Shown: piece after piece, positions 1 to 12,036 of the stretch
Layout: each line of letters begins with the position of its first letter
How positions within the stretch are numbered: position 1 is the first letter of the stretch
Assembly (NCBI GenBank): GCA_046563655.1
Contig: CM102287.1
Location: 9,362,001-9,426,000, forward strand
DNA from: Yuukianura sp. NJ FZ-2021
Lineage: Eukaryota
Reading direction: 5' to 3'
Length of the DNA: 64,000 nucleotides
The notes under the pieces: model-generated
What the model was told of the DNA's origin: nothing
The model's input: only the letters and a program-made list of their open reading frames with translations
The model's database searches: none
Made by a program: the position numbers and the translations under genes

Positions 1-869
1 AACGCTCTCTTCGCTTCTTCTATTGAAGCCGCTAGGAATTGAAAAACAAGTTTTTAGAACATGTTCAAATCAAAAATTGCAACTTGCAAGTATTTTAAAA
101 AAAAGTTTTTGTTTTAAATTGGGCGTGTTACATAGGAGTTCTTTGTTCATTTGAATTTGGTTGAGTCTTCCACGGTAGACTTGTTTAAAAAGCGTGGGAG
201 TTTCGATTTTGTCGAATCTGTAGAAGGCTGTTCCCTCCCCCTGGGGGAGATCCATGTGCTTGATGAGTCTTTTGGCCAGTATTTGACCTCCTGAGAGGTC
301 ACCGAGGTATCTTGTGTAGAGATGGGCAATGAGTAGTGCTGGATCCTTAACACAGCATTCCTGGATTCCAGTTAAGTAAGCCTGGAGAGCAGGAGAGGTC
401 AAGGGGTCATTCACGTGATTTCGCCAAGCAGGGCCAACAAAGTACTCAAGATCTGTAAACAACAGAAAGAGTTCAAATCTGGTCGAGTTCAAATTTTAGA
501 GGGTTTTTTGTTTGAAAGATTTTTGAGCGGGTTTTTTGAACCTTGTTCGATAGCTTCCTTGCGATTGAGTTGTTCCGGGAAATAGACATGGCGGATGTGT
601 TCGTTGTCTCTGTAGAGTTCAACGCATTTTTCCAAAGTGCAGTAGACGTGATACAAGTAACACAGAAAACGTCCATACACTTCCCGGGAAATTTGACCTT
701 TCAAAAAGTACCTGTTAAAAAATCAAATTTTAGAAGGTCATTTTTTAGAAATCCTGCAATAAGGTTAAAGTATTTGCTGTTTTTTTTGAAAAACTTACTT
801 GACAAATTTCGACTTCTCGGCATTCCTGTGCTCACTTTTGGTTCCTTCTTTCAAATCGTCAGCCAGCAT
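1..869 (-). CDS. HO: Heme oxygenase; 3' end runs off the left edge of the window
   Basis: Exons 869-799, 711-542, 452-132 and 31-<1 join in frame with GT-AG borders: MLADDLKEGTKSEHRNAEKSKFVK-YFLKGQISREVY...YFPEQLNRKEAIEQDLEYF...HLYTRYLGDLSGGQILAK...EEAKRAF. The proximal His helix and the distal GDLSGG signature are present. An extra upstream coding exon from ATG 1018 is possible but uncertain. Confidence 0.92.
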
Positions 870-2163
870 TGTCTTTGTTTTTCTAAAAAATTTCAAGTTT
901 TTAGAAAATGACGAAAGTGAGGTTGGAATTCTGGACTGCTTGGTTTGTACTCCGATGGAAAAAGTTTCGCCTCATTCTGCAGGACATAGGAAGTCACGTA
1001 GATGGCTTTTGCTTTCATGACTCAACGAGGTTAATGTCACTAGCTGATTTAATGGAATATTAATCGATTAACTCACACACTTACTGCTACGTAAATGACA
1101 AAATGTAGTTTTCGTTAATTTTATTTCTACAAGCACGGCTAAACAAATGGTCCACCTAATACTCAACTTTTTTAGAAAATTTTAATCAAGTTATTTTAAA
1201 GATAGAACTAGAATGGAAACTACTACAAAAAAATTGTAGAAAAAAAAATTCTGCCTGTTTTTTTAAACTAATGGTTTGTAGCAGATGTGTAAATAGGAAA
1301 TTAAATTTATAGTGTAAAAATTCAGAAATTGATGATTTTAATCGACTGAAACTCTGATGAATAATACTGAGCACGTCACTCAACCATGTTTTGACGAAAA
1401 TATCTCCATTGTTTTTAAATCTTGAATACCCGATAACAGGATAACACTAAAAGTTTATCAAATCAGCTTGTCAAATTTCAATGATACGACAAAAAAAAAT
1501 CTTTTTGGGTTTAACGCCACTTGAGAAAAAATATTGTTTTAGTCACTAAGTTTTCTTTGTCAAAATTATGATTTTTTTTAAAGTGGTGTAAAAGCGTCCT
1601 AAATCATTTCCACTTTTCAATCATTTGTTACTCAAATTTTTATCATTTCATTCTTTATTACAGTGATGAATTTCGAAAAAATAATTATAAAACGAATCTT
1701 AAAACGAAAATTTTGTTCTCTAATTGAAATCAAAGTCATAAATCATACAGCTACAACCACTAATCAATCCACAGCTACGAAAAGAAAAATTAAAAAGAAA
1801 GGATAGCCAAAATAATTTTTCAAGCGACTGACTTTAAAATCTGTCTTAAAATTAATTGCTAACAACTTTTTTTTTGAAATTTTTTCTTATGAAATCAGAT
1901 ACGTTTCCAGTGATTAGTTAGAAAGGCCTTACGCGTGTGGCTTGGTGATTATAGGACATTCGCGGGAAGAAAATGACGCTAATTGCAGCGATTGCACTAA
2001 TTAAAACACAGTGTGAAGTCAATTAAGGTTAATCAAAGTAACAGCAATTGGGTCTCGGTTAAGAAAGAAGATCGTTAGGTTACCACAAACTGTCACTCCA
2101 AACCAGTTCAAAAAGCAGTTCAAATTTTCAGCTTCTCATCAGTTGTTTCAAAAAACTGAAATC

Positions 2164-2715
2164 ATGAACAAAGCACTTTGTGTTCTTATAATCGCTGGAG
2201 CGATTCTCATCGCCAGCGCTGCTCCCAGAGAAGGTACGAGACACAAAGGTTCTCGAAAAGACGAAGCTGAGCAGATTCCGCTGGAGGGAGCTTTGACTCC
2301 ATCAGACATTTTGATGGCCCCAGCCCATACTTCGGCTGCCGAAGGTCAACAGGTCGGTTCGTTACTCAATCCATTCAGTTGGTTTGCTCCAGCTCCAACC
2401 ACGAGAAAACCGAGACGAAAGAAGATCAAACCGGTAACGGAGAAGCCACAGGAAGAAGAAGTTGTGATTGTTGAAGAACCGAGTGCAGGCGAAACTGCTC
2501 CGGTATCGGAACCTCCGACAGACGAACCGGTAACGGAAGCTCCAGCGACTTCGGCTCCAGCGACTTCGGCTCCAGCGACATCGGCTCCAGCCGCTGCAAC
2601 ACAGAAGCCACGCCCCCCTGGACCAACTGACGAGTACACATTGGATAGAAGTCTCATGAATAACAAATTGAACTCTCTCATTGGCTCTCCAGGAGGACTT
2701 AGAAATGCTAAGTAA
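2164..2715 (+). CDS. Orphan secreted Pro/Thr/Ala/Glu-rich (mucin-like) protein, 183 aa, single exon
   Basis: GC-rich ORF with a hydrophobic signal peptide (MNKALCVLIIAGAILIASA), a low-complexity PTEA region and ATSAP repeats; AATAAA near 2863. No family recognised. Confidence 0.8.
   Translation: MNKALCVLIIAGAILIASAAPREGTRHKGSRKDEAEQIPLEGALTPSDILMAPAHTSAAEGQQVGSLLNPFSWFAPAPTTRKPRRKKIKPVTEKPQEEEVVIVEEPSAGETAPVSEPPTDEPVTEAPATSAPATSAPATSAPAAATQKPRPPGPTDEYTLDRSLMNNKLNSLIGSPGGLRNAK
2539..2592 (+). repeat. 15-bp coding tandem repeat (about 3.6 copies) encoding APATS
   Basis: gctccagcgacttcg twice, then gctccagcgacatcg and gctccagcc. Confidence 0.9.
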
Positions 2716-3091
2716 AGAATTTCACAATTTCAAATTTTCTGGAATTTCGAAAACTGATTTGAAAAACATCTTTTCTCTTGGAAGTTTAGTTTTAATTTTT
2801 TAAGCCAAGGCCAAATGCTAAGCGGTTGAAAAACGGTTTGCTGAAGATGTGAAACTGAAAATTAATAAATTTAGTTACTCTCTTGTTTTCAGAAAAGAAT
2901 TTTGAAAAAAGGCAGTTTTTCAAGACTTTTTTGCATTTTTATTTTTAGAAGAGAGCTAATTTCGAAAGTGGTAAGAGGTGTTGGACTGTTGTAGTACTCG
3001 TAGTTGTGTAAAACGGAAAGGTTGGTTACATCTTGTGGTTACAATATTTTGTCAAAGGTTACGTGTTGTGGTTACCACATTTTGTCGACTG

Positions 3092-3808
3092 TTACTTGCA
3101 AAGCTGCGAAATAGAAAAAATTGGAGTAACCACAAAATTTTTGCATTTTTGAAAACTGTAAGAACTTACTGTTCCAACTACTTCCAACATGCATTTGATA
3201 AGAGGGTCGTAATTTTTGCAAAATTCGTCATCTCCACCAAGCTCACCTACGGAAATTACAAAATTTATGAAATTTTTTCTTCGAAATTTTCGAAATTTTG
3301 AAATTTGGTTCATACCTGCTGAGTCTTTGCACTTGGTCAATCGGGGAACAGCCAAATCCACCAAATTGGCTGGAACCCAATCATGCAGAAATGAATTAAA
3401 CTGGTCGTCAGCAACCATCTTTCCATCAGCATCCAGCATCTTCTCATTGATCAACACACATTTCAAAATACCTGTTTCAAAAAAATTTAAAAAAAAGTTT
3501 TTCGAAAATTTTTGTTATGAAATTTCCGTTTGTAGCTTTAGTACAGTTCATCTTAGCTGCTTTGTCCTTTGGACTTTTGAATTTCATCGTTTTGGAGCAA
3601 GTTGCAATTCCTCCGAGTTGCTTCTTCGTAAGAATTCCAATAAACTCTTTGCAGGTTGCGTCCGGAGCATAACCTTCCGCAGTGCTCTATTTCGAAATCA
3701 AATTTTGAAAAAACTTGAAATTTTATTTTCGTTTTTTAACAAACAATGCACCGCACTACTTACAATGTATGCCGCAACGACCAGGATCACAAACGAAAAG
3801 GAGTTCAT
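3092..3808 (-). CDS. Odorant-binding-protein-like secreted protein A (about 143 aa, 8 Cys)
   Basis: Exons 3808-3764 (first donor could be 3752), 3686-3545, 3471-3316, 3246-3170, 3103-3092. Signal peptide MNSFSFVILVVAAYI. Cys spacing C-x17-C-x17-C-x3-C-x42-C-x13-C-x8-C-x8-C includes the OBP C-x3-C and C-x8-C hallmarks. Confidence 0.8.
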
Positions 3809-4188
3809 GGTTGTCCGAGTTCTGCAAAATTTCTTGCAAAAAAATGAATTAGGAGGAACTCTGTCTTTACCTTTTCAAAATTTTAGACAATTTTGGAATT
3901 TTAATACATTCGGTTTTGGGACCATCGTATTTATACTAAATTTTGAAAATTGAAAAACCTTGTTCAAATAAGATTACAACGTACAATTATTTCAATTTGA
4001 TTTGAATTGAATGTTTGAATGTTTTAATACAAGTACATATCGTAGAATTATCAATGATAATTACACGTTTTACTTCAATATTTTCCATGTTTCGCTAAAA
4101 ATGTGCAAAAAGAAGCACGAAACCATTTTAGGCATTTTTTTGGCATCGTTTTTCGCCAATTATTTTGCGGATTGTGAAACATAAAAAG

Positions 4189-4597
4189 CACTGTTGGTGG
4201 ATGCTTAAACGTCCAGTGGCTTAATTGCCACTTCCACTGGATATCCACTGGAAGAAATGCACCCGAAATGGATGAAACATTTAGTGGATGGAAGAAATAA
4301 AGCATTTAGCGCCAAATTCAAAAAAATTACAAAACAATATGAAAAAGAGTGTCTTTCATCGTTAAAACTAATTATTTATTTAAAACGCATACAAAAACGA
4401 TATTTCCTTCTTTTTTGTACGGTGTTTTGAATTGTTTAAGCTTTTTGTATTTAATTAATTCAAATCCCGCGGGCAAAGGGAATTCAAAGTAATTCAAATC
4501 CCCTCCGCCCGTTTGGATTCATCCATTTCGTCCATTTCTTCCACTGGATAACCAGCCGTGGATGAAATGCAGAAAAAGTGGCATCCAACAAAAAGTG
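4189..4597. mobile_element. MITE-like relic with degenerate terminal inverted repeats
   Basis: cgaaatggatgaa (4264-4276) is the exact reverse complement of ttcatccatttcg (4518-4530). The adjacent tccactggaagaaatg / catttcttccactgga pair with one mismatch. Outer ends are CACTgttggtggatgc and gcatccaacaaaaAGTG. Non-coding AT-rich interior; no TSD seen. Confidence 0.5.
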
Positions 4598-4989
4598 TCT
4601 TTTTAGAACAAGGTAAAACTTTTTGACACTTTGACACGCAAAGACGCACTAACTAATACTATAACAGTTTTATGTTGTGTTAAAAAATGCTTTGTTGAAA
4701 AAATTGTTTTTAAAATTTTCATTTCAAATTTTAATTGGACGTGTTATAGTAAATAAACAATTTATTTAAACAATAAGGCTAAACAATGACCTCAAGTCGC
4801 AATTTACAATGCTATGTGTTTCCCGGAAGTTTTATTCAAAATTTTCATAAACAGATCACAAATTCAGTACATTCGACTAATGACTTTTTGAAATTTTGAA
4901 ATTTTTGTACAAAAAAAAAGTTTCAGCCCGACGCCCGAAGAAGAAGAGGATTCAGTTTCCAGCGTTCCGTTTTTGTCCAAACTGCGATT

Positions 4990-5784
4990 TCATGGTGCGG
5001 TTTTGCAAAGCTAAAAAGCAAAGGATCAATGAACTTTTCAAAAAAAAAACTCGAAAAAGTTGCGAAAAATCTTTCTTACTGTTCCAATGACGTCCAACAT
5101 GCACTTGATGAGAGGATCATAGCTCTTACAGAATTCTTCATTTCCATCCATAACACCTACACATCAACAACAAAAAACGGTTTAGAACAAGGAAAAAGTT
5201 TAAAAAACGAAGGTTTTAGAACAAAGATTTCGCAAATAACCTGCGGCTGCTTTGCAATTTCTAAATTTTGGAGCTGCAAATTCCATGAGATTTGAGGGTA
5301 TAAGGGAATCCAGAAATTCGTCAAATTTTGCATCGTCCACCATTTGTCCATCAGCGTCCAACAAATTCTCTTTGATCAAAACGCATTTCAAAATACCTAA
5401 AATTTCAAAACATTTTGAAAAAAAAACTGTAAATTTTTAGAATTTTTTGTCGTACAGTTCATCTTGGCTGCCTTGTCCTTTGGATTTTTGAATTTCATTG
5501 TCTTGGAACAAGCGCTGATGCCGCCGAGTTGCTTTTTGGTAAGCGAAGCTACAAAATCCTTGCAAGTCGCTTCAGGTGCAGCATGCGATACATTGTTCTA
5601 AAATAAGAGAAGTAATTGAATTAGTTTTAACTTGTATTAATATAATATAAATTATAATATAAATTAATAAAACAAGATGCTTATAAATTCGGCAAAGCAG
5701 TGAAATCTGCTCAGAGAAATTTACAAGGTAAGCCAAAATGACAAAAATTGTCAGCGATGTCAAGGTCTGCATTGCTTTTTCCAT
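4990..5784 (-). CDS. Odorant-binding-protein-like secreted protein B, tandem paralog of A
   Basis: Exons 5784-5725, 5597-5456, 5396-5241, 5156-5080, 5010-4990. Internal exon sizes 142/156/77 nt equal those of paralog A. Same 8-Cys pattern and shared blocks LTKKQLGGI, KDKAAKMNCILKCVLI, YDPLIKCML. Start could be ATG 5772. Confidence 0.82.
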
Positions 5785-7005
5785 TTTTTTTTCTCGAAAT
5801 TTTGAAACTACGAAGTGTTCGAGTCAAAATTTTGTTAAAATGAACCAACCTTGTTAAAAATTGGGTTTCTTTTTATAGTAAAATTTTGAAACTGGACATC
5901 CGTTGATTAATAGGCCTCGTTAGCACAATTGTTTAAGTTTAAAAAAAATGTTAACTAGAATCTCATTTACTCGATTCGTTTGTTCTGTCAAGTGCCTTTG
6001 TTTTGTTGTGCAACTTTGGTGTAAAAATGTTTCACTTTTTAGTTTGAAAATATATAGAAATAAATGAATTGAGGTAATAATTGTTCTAAAAATTAATTCA
6101 ACACTTTAGAACAATGCTTTGTTTAATTTTTAAAGTAAACAGAGCTTAGGAAAATTCATTCAGCTAACTAGATTAATTATGGATTGATGTAAAGTATATC
6201 TAATGTTATAAAGTAAACATAAGGAAAGTTCAGAAATTATAATTAAAGTTAGTTAATTAATGAAATAGTTAATTCAGATAGGTGAAATAGATAGTTTTAG
6301 TAGTATTTTAGTGTGAATCAATTAGTAACTTAATTTATATTACTCATAGTTTAGAATTTTTTGTGCCCACATCTGATGACATGGGTGAGTCATACATGAG
6401 TCGTGTGTGGGTAACTGTTAGTCCGACGCAAAAAAAAATTAGTTTTCGTTTTTTTTTGTGTGTGTTTTTGTTTTGATCAAAATTTTTCAAAATTCTAAAG
6501 ATTTCGAGACAAAGGAACAAAGGAAGCATCGTTGCTGAAAGAGGAGCTCGTTGACATTTTTAATTCTTATGGATTCGGAGTCCTCTTGGCGTATCGAAAA
6601 GGATTTAACACCAAGGATTTGACAGTCGAATCTTGACTGGATCGAGAAGAGGGCAATGGCAAGTAAATTGTCAATTGACCTCATTTGACGTTTTGGAGAT
6701 ATCGAATGATTCGGCACGTTTAATATATTGCCTACTGCGAAGATTGGCCTTCAACAGGGTTTACAGGTAGGTTGCAAGGCTTATCTGGAAATGATGAATG
6801 TGGAGATGAAAGTGTTTTAATCTAATCAAGATGAGTGTTTTGTTTACTTTTATGATAATTGGCAATGAGAAGGTGAATGACAACAGAAGAACACGGACAT
6901 GACAGATCACAGTACTTTGTTCTCACGTTTTGTTTCTTGTTGATCTTTTTAGAAAATCGGACGACATTGTGACGACAGGATAACGACAAGACGAGGAAAG
7001 CCGAA

Positions 7006-10000
7006 ATGGGAAGTCACATGGATGATGCAACTGAAAGAGAAGTGCAACGTAATAGTCACATTTCGGCTGCGACATCTGCAAATCAGTATAGGAACCCCAG
7101 TATTCTCGGAAACTACTGTCCACCATTTTTTAACCAGCCAGTCACTTCTCAGTCTCATCCGTACTTACAAAACGTACTGAGCTACCACAACATGCTTCCA
7201 GCCTACAACCCTGGCAGTTCTTCTACAATCAACCATCTTTTGGCACAAGAACAGTTACTGACTGCACGACTTCTGGATCAAAACAGAAGCATGACCGACG
7301 TCGGTTCGTCGACTTCGATACGCCAAGACTTTCCTCCTAGATGTGTCACTCCACAAGGGAAGATTGCTTACATTGGAGTATTTTGGGACATTGAAAACTG
7401 TTCAGTCCCCAGGGGGAAGTCCGCTTTGCTCGTAGTACAAAGAATTCGTGACAGGTTCTTCCAGCCAAACTATATCGAAGCAGAATTTGTTACTGTCTGC
7501 GACACTAGCAGAGAACCGACTCAAATAATCCAGGTAAGAAGAACAGAACTCAAAATTGTGCATAAATTTTCAAAATTTTGAAATATAATTCCATGTTTTG
7601 GTATTATCTACAGGAACTCAACGACGCTCAAGTTACAGTAATTCATGTTCCGGGCACATCCAAGAATGCTGCTGACGATAAGTTGAGACAAGCCATGCGA
7701 CGATTTGCCGATGCCTACAGTATTGTTGGACGAAGTACGGAGTATGCCCAGAGTCATGGCACACCAGCCGTCCTACTCATCTCGGGAGACGTTAATTTCT
7801 GCAGTGACCTCTCGGATCTTCGTTACCGAAAACGTCTTCGAATCATTTTACTTCACAATCCACATGCCCCTGCTCCTCTTGTCCTTTGTGCACATGAACA
7901 CCACAATTTTCATTCTGGACTGGAGGACATTCCACTTCGGCCTTCCGTGTTACAAAATAAACGTCAACCGGACGTCACACCACGTCGGCCTTCCACCGCT
8001 TCAACCGTGTTACGAAATATCACTCATTGGAATAACAACGAAATGCAAAGCGGTAAAACCAAAAGTCTATTGTATTTGACGTGTTTACTTTTCAATCGTT
8101 TTTTTTTCTAATTTGATATGAAGTTCCTCCTCCAGCTCCGTCACCGAAAAAATATGACGTCGTGGTGTCAAATCTGCCGGAAAACTTATCAAGCATTCAA
8201 CTGGAACAAAAGCTGAGTCGACTTACTGCCAATTGTGGCGGTAAAGTGGTCCGAATTTCGGGACAATTCGGGCTTATTCGGTTCAAATCGCAAGACGCCG
8301 CAGGACGGTAAAGCTCAAAATGCTTAAGCCTTTGTTTAACTTACGAAAAATAAACGATTTTGACTTAATTTTAGGAGTGCCAGGAGAATTAACGGGTTGG
8401 TGATTCATGGCAGCCGAATTGAAGCAAGTTTCGGTTCGCCCCAGAGTAATCCTTCGACGTCCCATTCACAAAGGACTGCCGTTGTCGTTCCAAGTCCATC
8501 TCAACTTCCATCCGCCTCGTCTTCACAATCACCTCTTTCAACACTTCCAGTTCCAGCGCCACGTCCAGAATCTTCAGTCCCTAAATCGCTGATTCCTGTT
8601 CCAGCACCTTCAGTCCCGAAATCGCTGATTCCTGTTCCAGCACCTTCAGTCCCGAAATCGCTGATTCCTGTTCCAGCACCGAAATCGCTGATTCCTGTTC
8701 CAGTTCCAGCTGAAATGACCTCTCCGCCTCGTTCCAAGGAACGCCGGACCCAGCCAGTACCAACGCTGGACTCTCCTCCAGAGGCTCCTTCCACATCAGC
8801 TCTCTTTGCAGCGTCAAGTTGCAGTTTGTCACAAAGTCGTGAGTGGAACATGTGGACTTCTCAGGATGTTGTTGAAGACATGCGCAACACAATACAAAGT
8901 TCACGCAGAAGACAGCCACGACCATCTCAGAAAAATCGAAGAATCAAGTCCAAGTCACCGCGAATTAAAATCAAACCAGAACCAGCACCAAGAGAAGAAC
9001 TGAGAACGAGTGACTCTGGATTTTCCACTTCATCCAAAAGTGATCAAACTGAAACTGAAGGTGGCGTGTCAACTCCAGAACTGTGTCGAGTTGACGAAGA
9101 TTCTTGCGATACATCTCCATCTGTTGAAATTGAAGGTCCAAATGATTCTGAAAATGGCAACATCGAACAGCTGATAGGCTTAACAGCAGCCATTTCTTTG
9201 AAATCAGTTACAGAAGAAACTGTTGTTGCTAAAGTTGAGATTAAGCAAGAAGTTGAGCATTTTGAGACTGAATGTGAGGAGGACGAAGAATTTGTTCCAG
9301 AAATGGAGATCAAGCAAGAAGATTCTGCAGAAGATGGAGCAGTTCAAGCGAAAACTGAAGTTCCGACGCCGTTTCCATACGTTATGGTTGACTTTGAACA
9401 GTTTTCGACACAGGTCAAGAGAATCTTGAATCTGGCCAACGGCAGTCTCGAACTGGACAACTTTTGTAAAAGTTGTGAAATTATATTTGGAGAATGGACG
9501 GAGGTTGGACATGGAAAAGGCGTTGCTCTGGAGCATCTAATCACAGCTGTAGAAGGAGTTGAACTTTGGTTTGAACAAGATGGACGAAAGATTGTCAGAT
9601 TCAAACGATCTGAGCCGATTGACGACATTGAAGCGGGTAAAACTAAAAAAAAACTGAAAACGTATCAAAAACGTTTGACTTTGATAACTTTTTTTTAACG
9701 TGCAGGTCTTGGGCATCCTTGGATACAACTGAAAAATGAGATGGTGAAACTACTGAAAAAGTATCCACAATCTACTATAGAGTTGTCCAAACTTCAGAGT
9801 GCTTATGAAGTTCACTATGACAAGCCACTTTTGAGCGATGACCTTGAAACTGGGTCGGTCGAAGAGCTAGTGAACAATTTAAGGTCAATGTCACTAGTCC
9901 ACTTCATGGGAGAAGTACCTGACAACGTTTTTGTTACGTTGACGCACGAAGTACAAGTAAGAGAACAATCGTCTGGAACGCTTTTTTATGAGTTACAAAG

Positions 10001-10273
10001 AAAAAATTTCGCTGAATTCGTTTGTTTTTCGTTTTCTTCTAGATGAAGTGTCTGGCAGTCGATATTTTAAGAATTTTGAAAACGAGGCGCATGAGGATTC
10101 TTCCGCTACAAGACTTTGGGTCAGCATATGCTGCCGTGATAGGACAAACCTTTGATGCTGGAAATTACGGGTTATGTTCTCTACGAGATTTGCTGAAGGA
10201 ACTCACTCGTCGTACTGGTCATATTGTTCTGCAAGTTCAGGCGGATGGAGAACTTGGTTTGTCCTTGGCGTGA
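7006..10273 (+). CDS. MARF1: Meiosis regulator and mRNA stability factor 1 (limkain-b1)-like: NYN RNase + RRM + LOTUS/OST-HTH domains
   Basis: Exons 7006-7533, 7614-8052, 8124-8307, 8375-9636, 9706-9956, 10043-10273, all phase-compatible. NYN motifs GVFWDIENCSVP, KNAADDKLRQAM and LLISGDVNF; RRM VSNLP...LSRLTANCGGKV...IRF; C-terminal LOTUS-like blocks (GVALEHLITAVEGV, YEVHYDKPL, YGLCSLRDLL). Confidence 0.9.
8573..8702 (+). repeat. 36-bp coding minisatellite encoding SVPKSLIPVPAP (3 copies plus a partial)
   Basis: ttcagtccc(t/g)aaatcgctgattcctgttccagcacc repeated nearly identically inside the MARF1-like linker. Confidence 0.92.
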
Positions 10274-10638
10274 TTGATTGAAATAAGTTGCATTTATAAG
10301 CATTTTGCATAGACCAGACGCATTTCGCACTAATTTTTATCAAATGGACTTTGTTTTTCTAAAGAGTCTCTCTATAATTAGTCGTTTTAAGTTTTCGATC
10401 AAAGACTTTACTTTATTTAAATTAAATACGAGAAAAAGACTGAATCATTTCTAGTCGGAGTACCTAACTGGACTTTGAAATTGATATGAGGAGAAACTGA
10501 ATAAGGTTATCTTTAAGTTCATGGAAAAGTGCTGGTGCGTGACGCAGAGTAAACAAGTGTGTCATGGTTGACATGACCTACCGTATCAAGAGAAGAGAAC
10601 TTAAAATAAGTCAACAGGGTACGTTTGGCTAATGATAA

Positions 10639-11271
10639 TCAACCCTGGAAGCTAATAGAGGTGTGGATATCCTCCAGAATGACCTTGAGTTCATCATCTT
10701 CATAACGCCCTTCCAGACTTGGAATTAGAGCTTTACATTCTTCAAATGTCTCGGGAACCAAGTTGGCTAGTGAGACCAGTTCGAATTTGTGAAGTTTCTT
10801 CGTCTTCAGCAGTCTAGTCACAAAGTAACAAAAATTAGCATCACTTATCCAAACTTTACGGTGTTTTAGAATCTAAAATGTTAGTAATGTGTCTTATACA
10901 CACCCTCGGATCTGAGAAATCGTTTCGTTGTTCTTGAACTTCCCAAACCGGCGGCAATATTCCTTCGTCTTTTGGAAAACTTCGGTTAGTTGTTGTTCAT
11001 CTTCGGCAACTTCGTTTTGTTGACTTCGATGTTCCAGCAGAATGCAAACTTCGGAGATGAAGAGCGGCTCAGCATTGTCAAACTCTGGAAGCAACAATAA
11101 TCCATTTATTTTTCAAATCACTTTTAATTTCACCTAATCAGAAGTTATTTAGATTAATCAATTAGATTTGCTAACATAACTTTGATTTTTGATAACTTTA
11201 CCTTTTGGAAATAGCAAATCAGCTGCATCTTCGTCCACGGTGTCTTGGTTGAAATTGGATGCTGCGGCCAT
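10639..11271 (-). CDS. POLR2D: RNA polymerase II subunit RPB4
   Basis: Exons 11271-11202, 11084-10904, 10813-10639: [31 protein letters not shown]...[26 protein letters not shown], a recognisable RPB4 sequence. Confidence 0.95.
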
Positions 11272-12036
11272 TGTGACAAGTCAGGAGGATCTAAAGTGTC
11301 TTCCGAATCTCTAGCAGTGTAGAATTAACGTTAATTAAAGCAATTAATTAGTTAAAGTAATCTAAAACAGCCAATGAATCAACAAAAACAAGGCTTTGTT
11401 TTCGTTTTCGATTTTTCTCAGCTGTCAGCTGTGAATTTTGAAAATTTATTTCAAATTTCCCGCGGCTTCGATAAACTTTTGTTGTTTGTGTGGGGCAAGG
11501 TGAGACTGACAATTTTTTTTTTGAAAAGTAGCGGCAATTTTACCAGAATTTAAAAACCACAACGAAACTAATACGATAAATTCAAAATTTAAAAAAAGAA
11601 AGTCGTTTGAGAATCAAATTTAAAAAATTGGTAACGTTAAGTGTTCTCGCGTAAGCCAGGAGTCGGGAAGTGAAATTTTTGACGTTTCTCCCTCCATTCA
11701 CTGTGTTTTTCCCCTTTCTTCCCCGGAGGAGAAAGTTCCTATTTCCACTCACTTTCTCTCCGGGTAGTCTTCAGTCTTCTTCTACCCTCCGACGAAGGAT
11801 CATCCCTCTTCACGTCTTCTGCTATTGTCATCGTGGTGCTACCTTCGACCATTTCATCTATCATCATCAGCAGGTCACTAAGTGACATTTGGACATTGAA
11901 AGTGAACGTTGCAAACTTTGGACATGATTGGTAGTTGTGGGCAATCAGAGTTTGAGCTTCCGCTAATTGAGTTCCGGCAATTGAACCATTGACAGCTGAA
12001 GAAACCAGGAGCTGTCAAAATCAAAACAAAGGAAAC
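11272..12036. promoter_or_regulatory. Probable bidirectional promoter and 5' UTR region shared by RPB4 (-) and the Ig receptor gene (+)
   Basis: The two start codons diverge 765 bp apart. Tandem E-boxes CAGCTGtCAGCTG near 11419 and a possible 5' UTR donor (AG/GTGAGA near 11500). Confidence 0.5.

Noticed and set aside
3216..3953. 245-aa plus-strand ORF and similar antisense ORFs over MARF1, the subtilase and the Cfa-like gene
   Set aside because: Antisense shadows of real spliced genes; they run through intronic low-complexity sequence and lack recognisable features.
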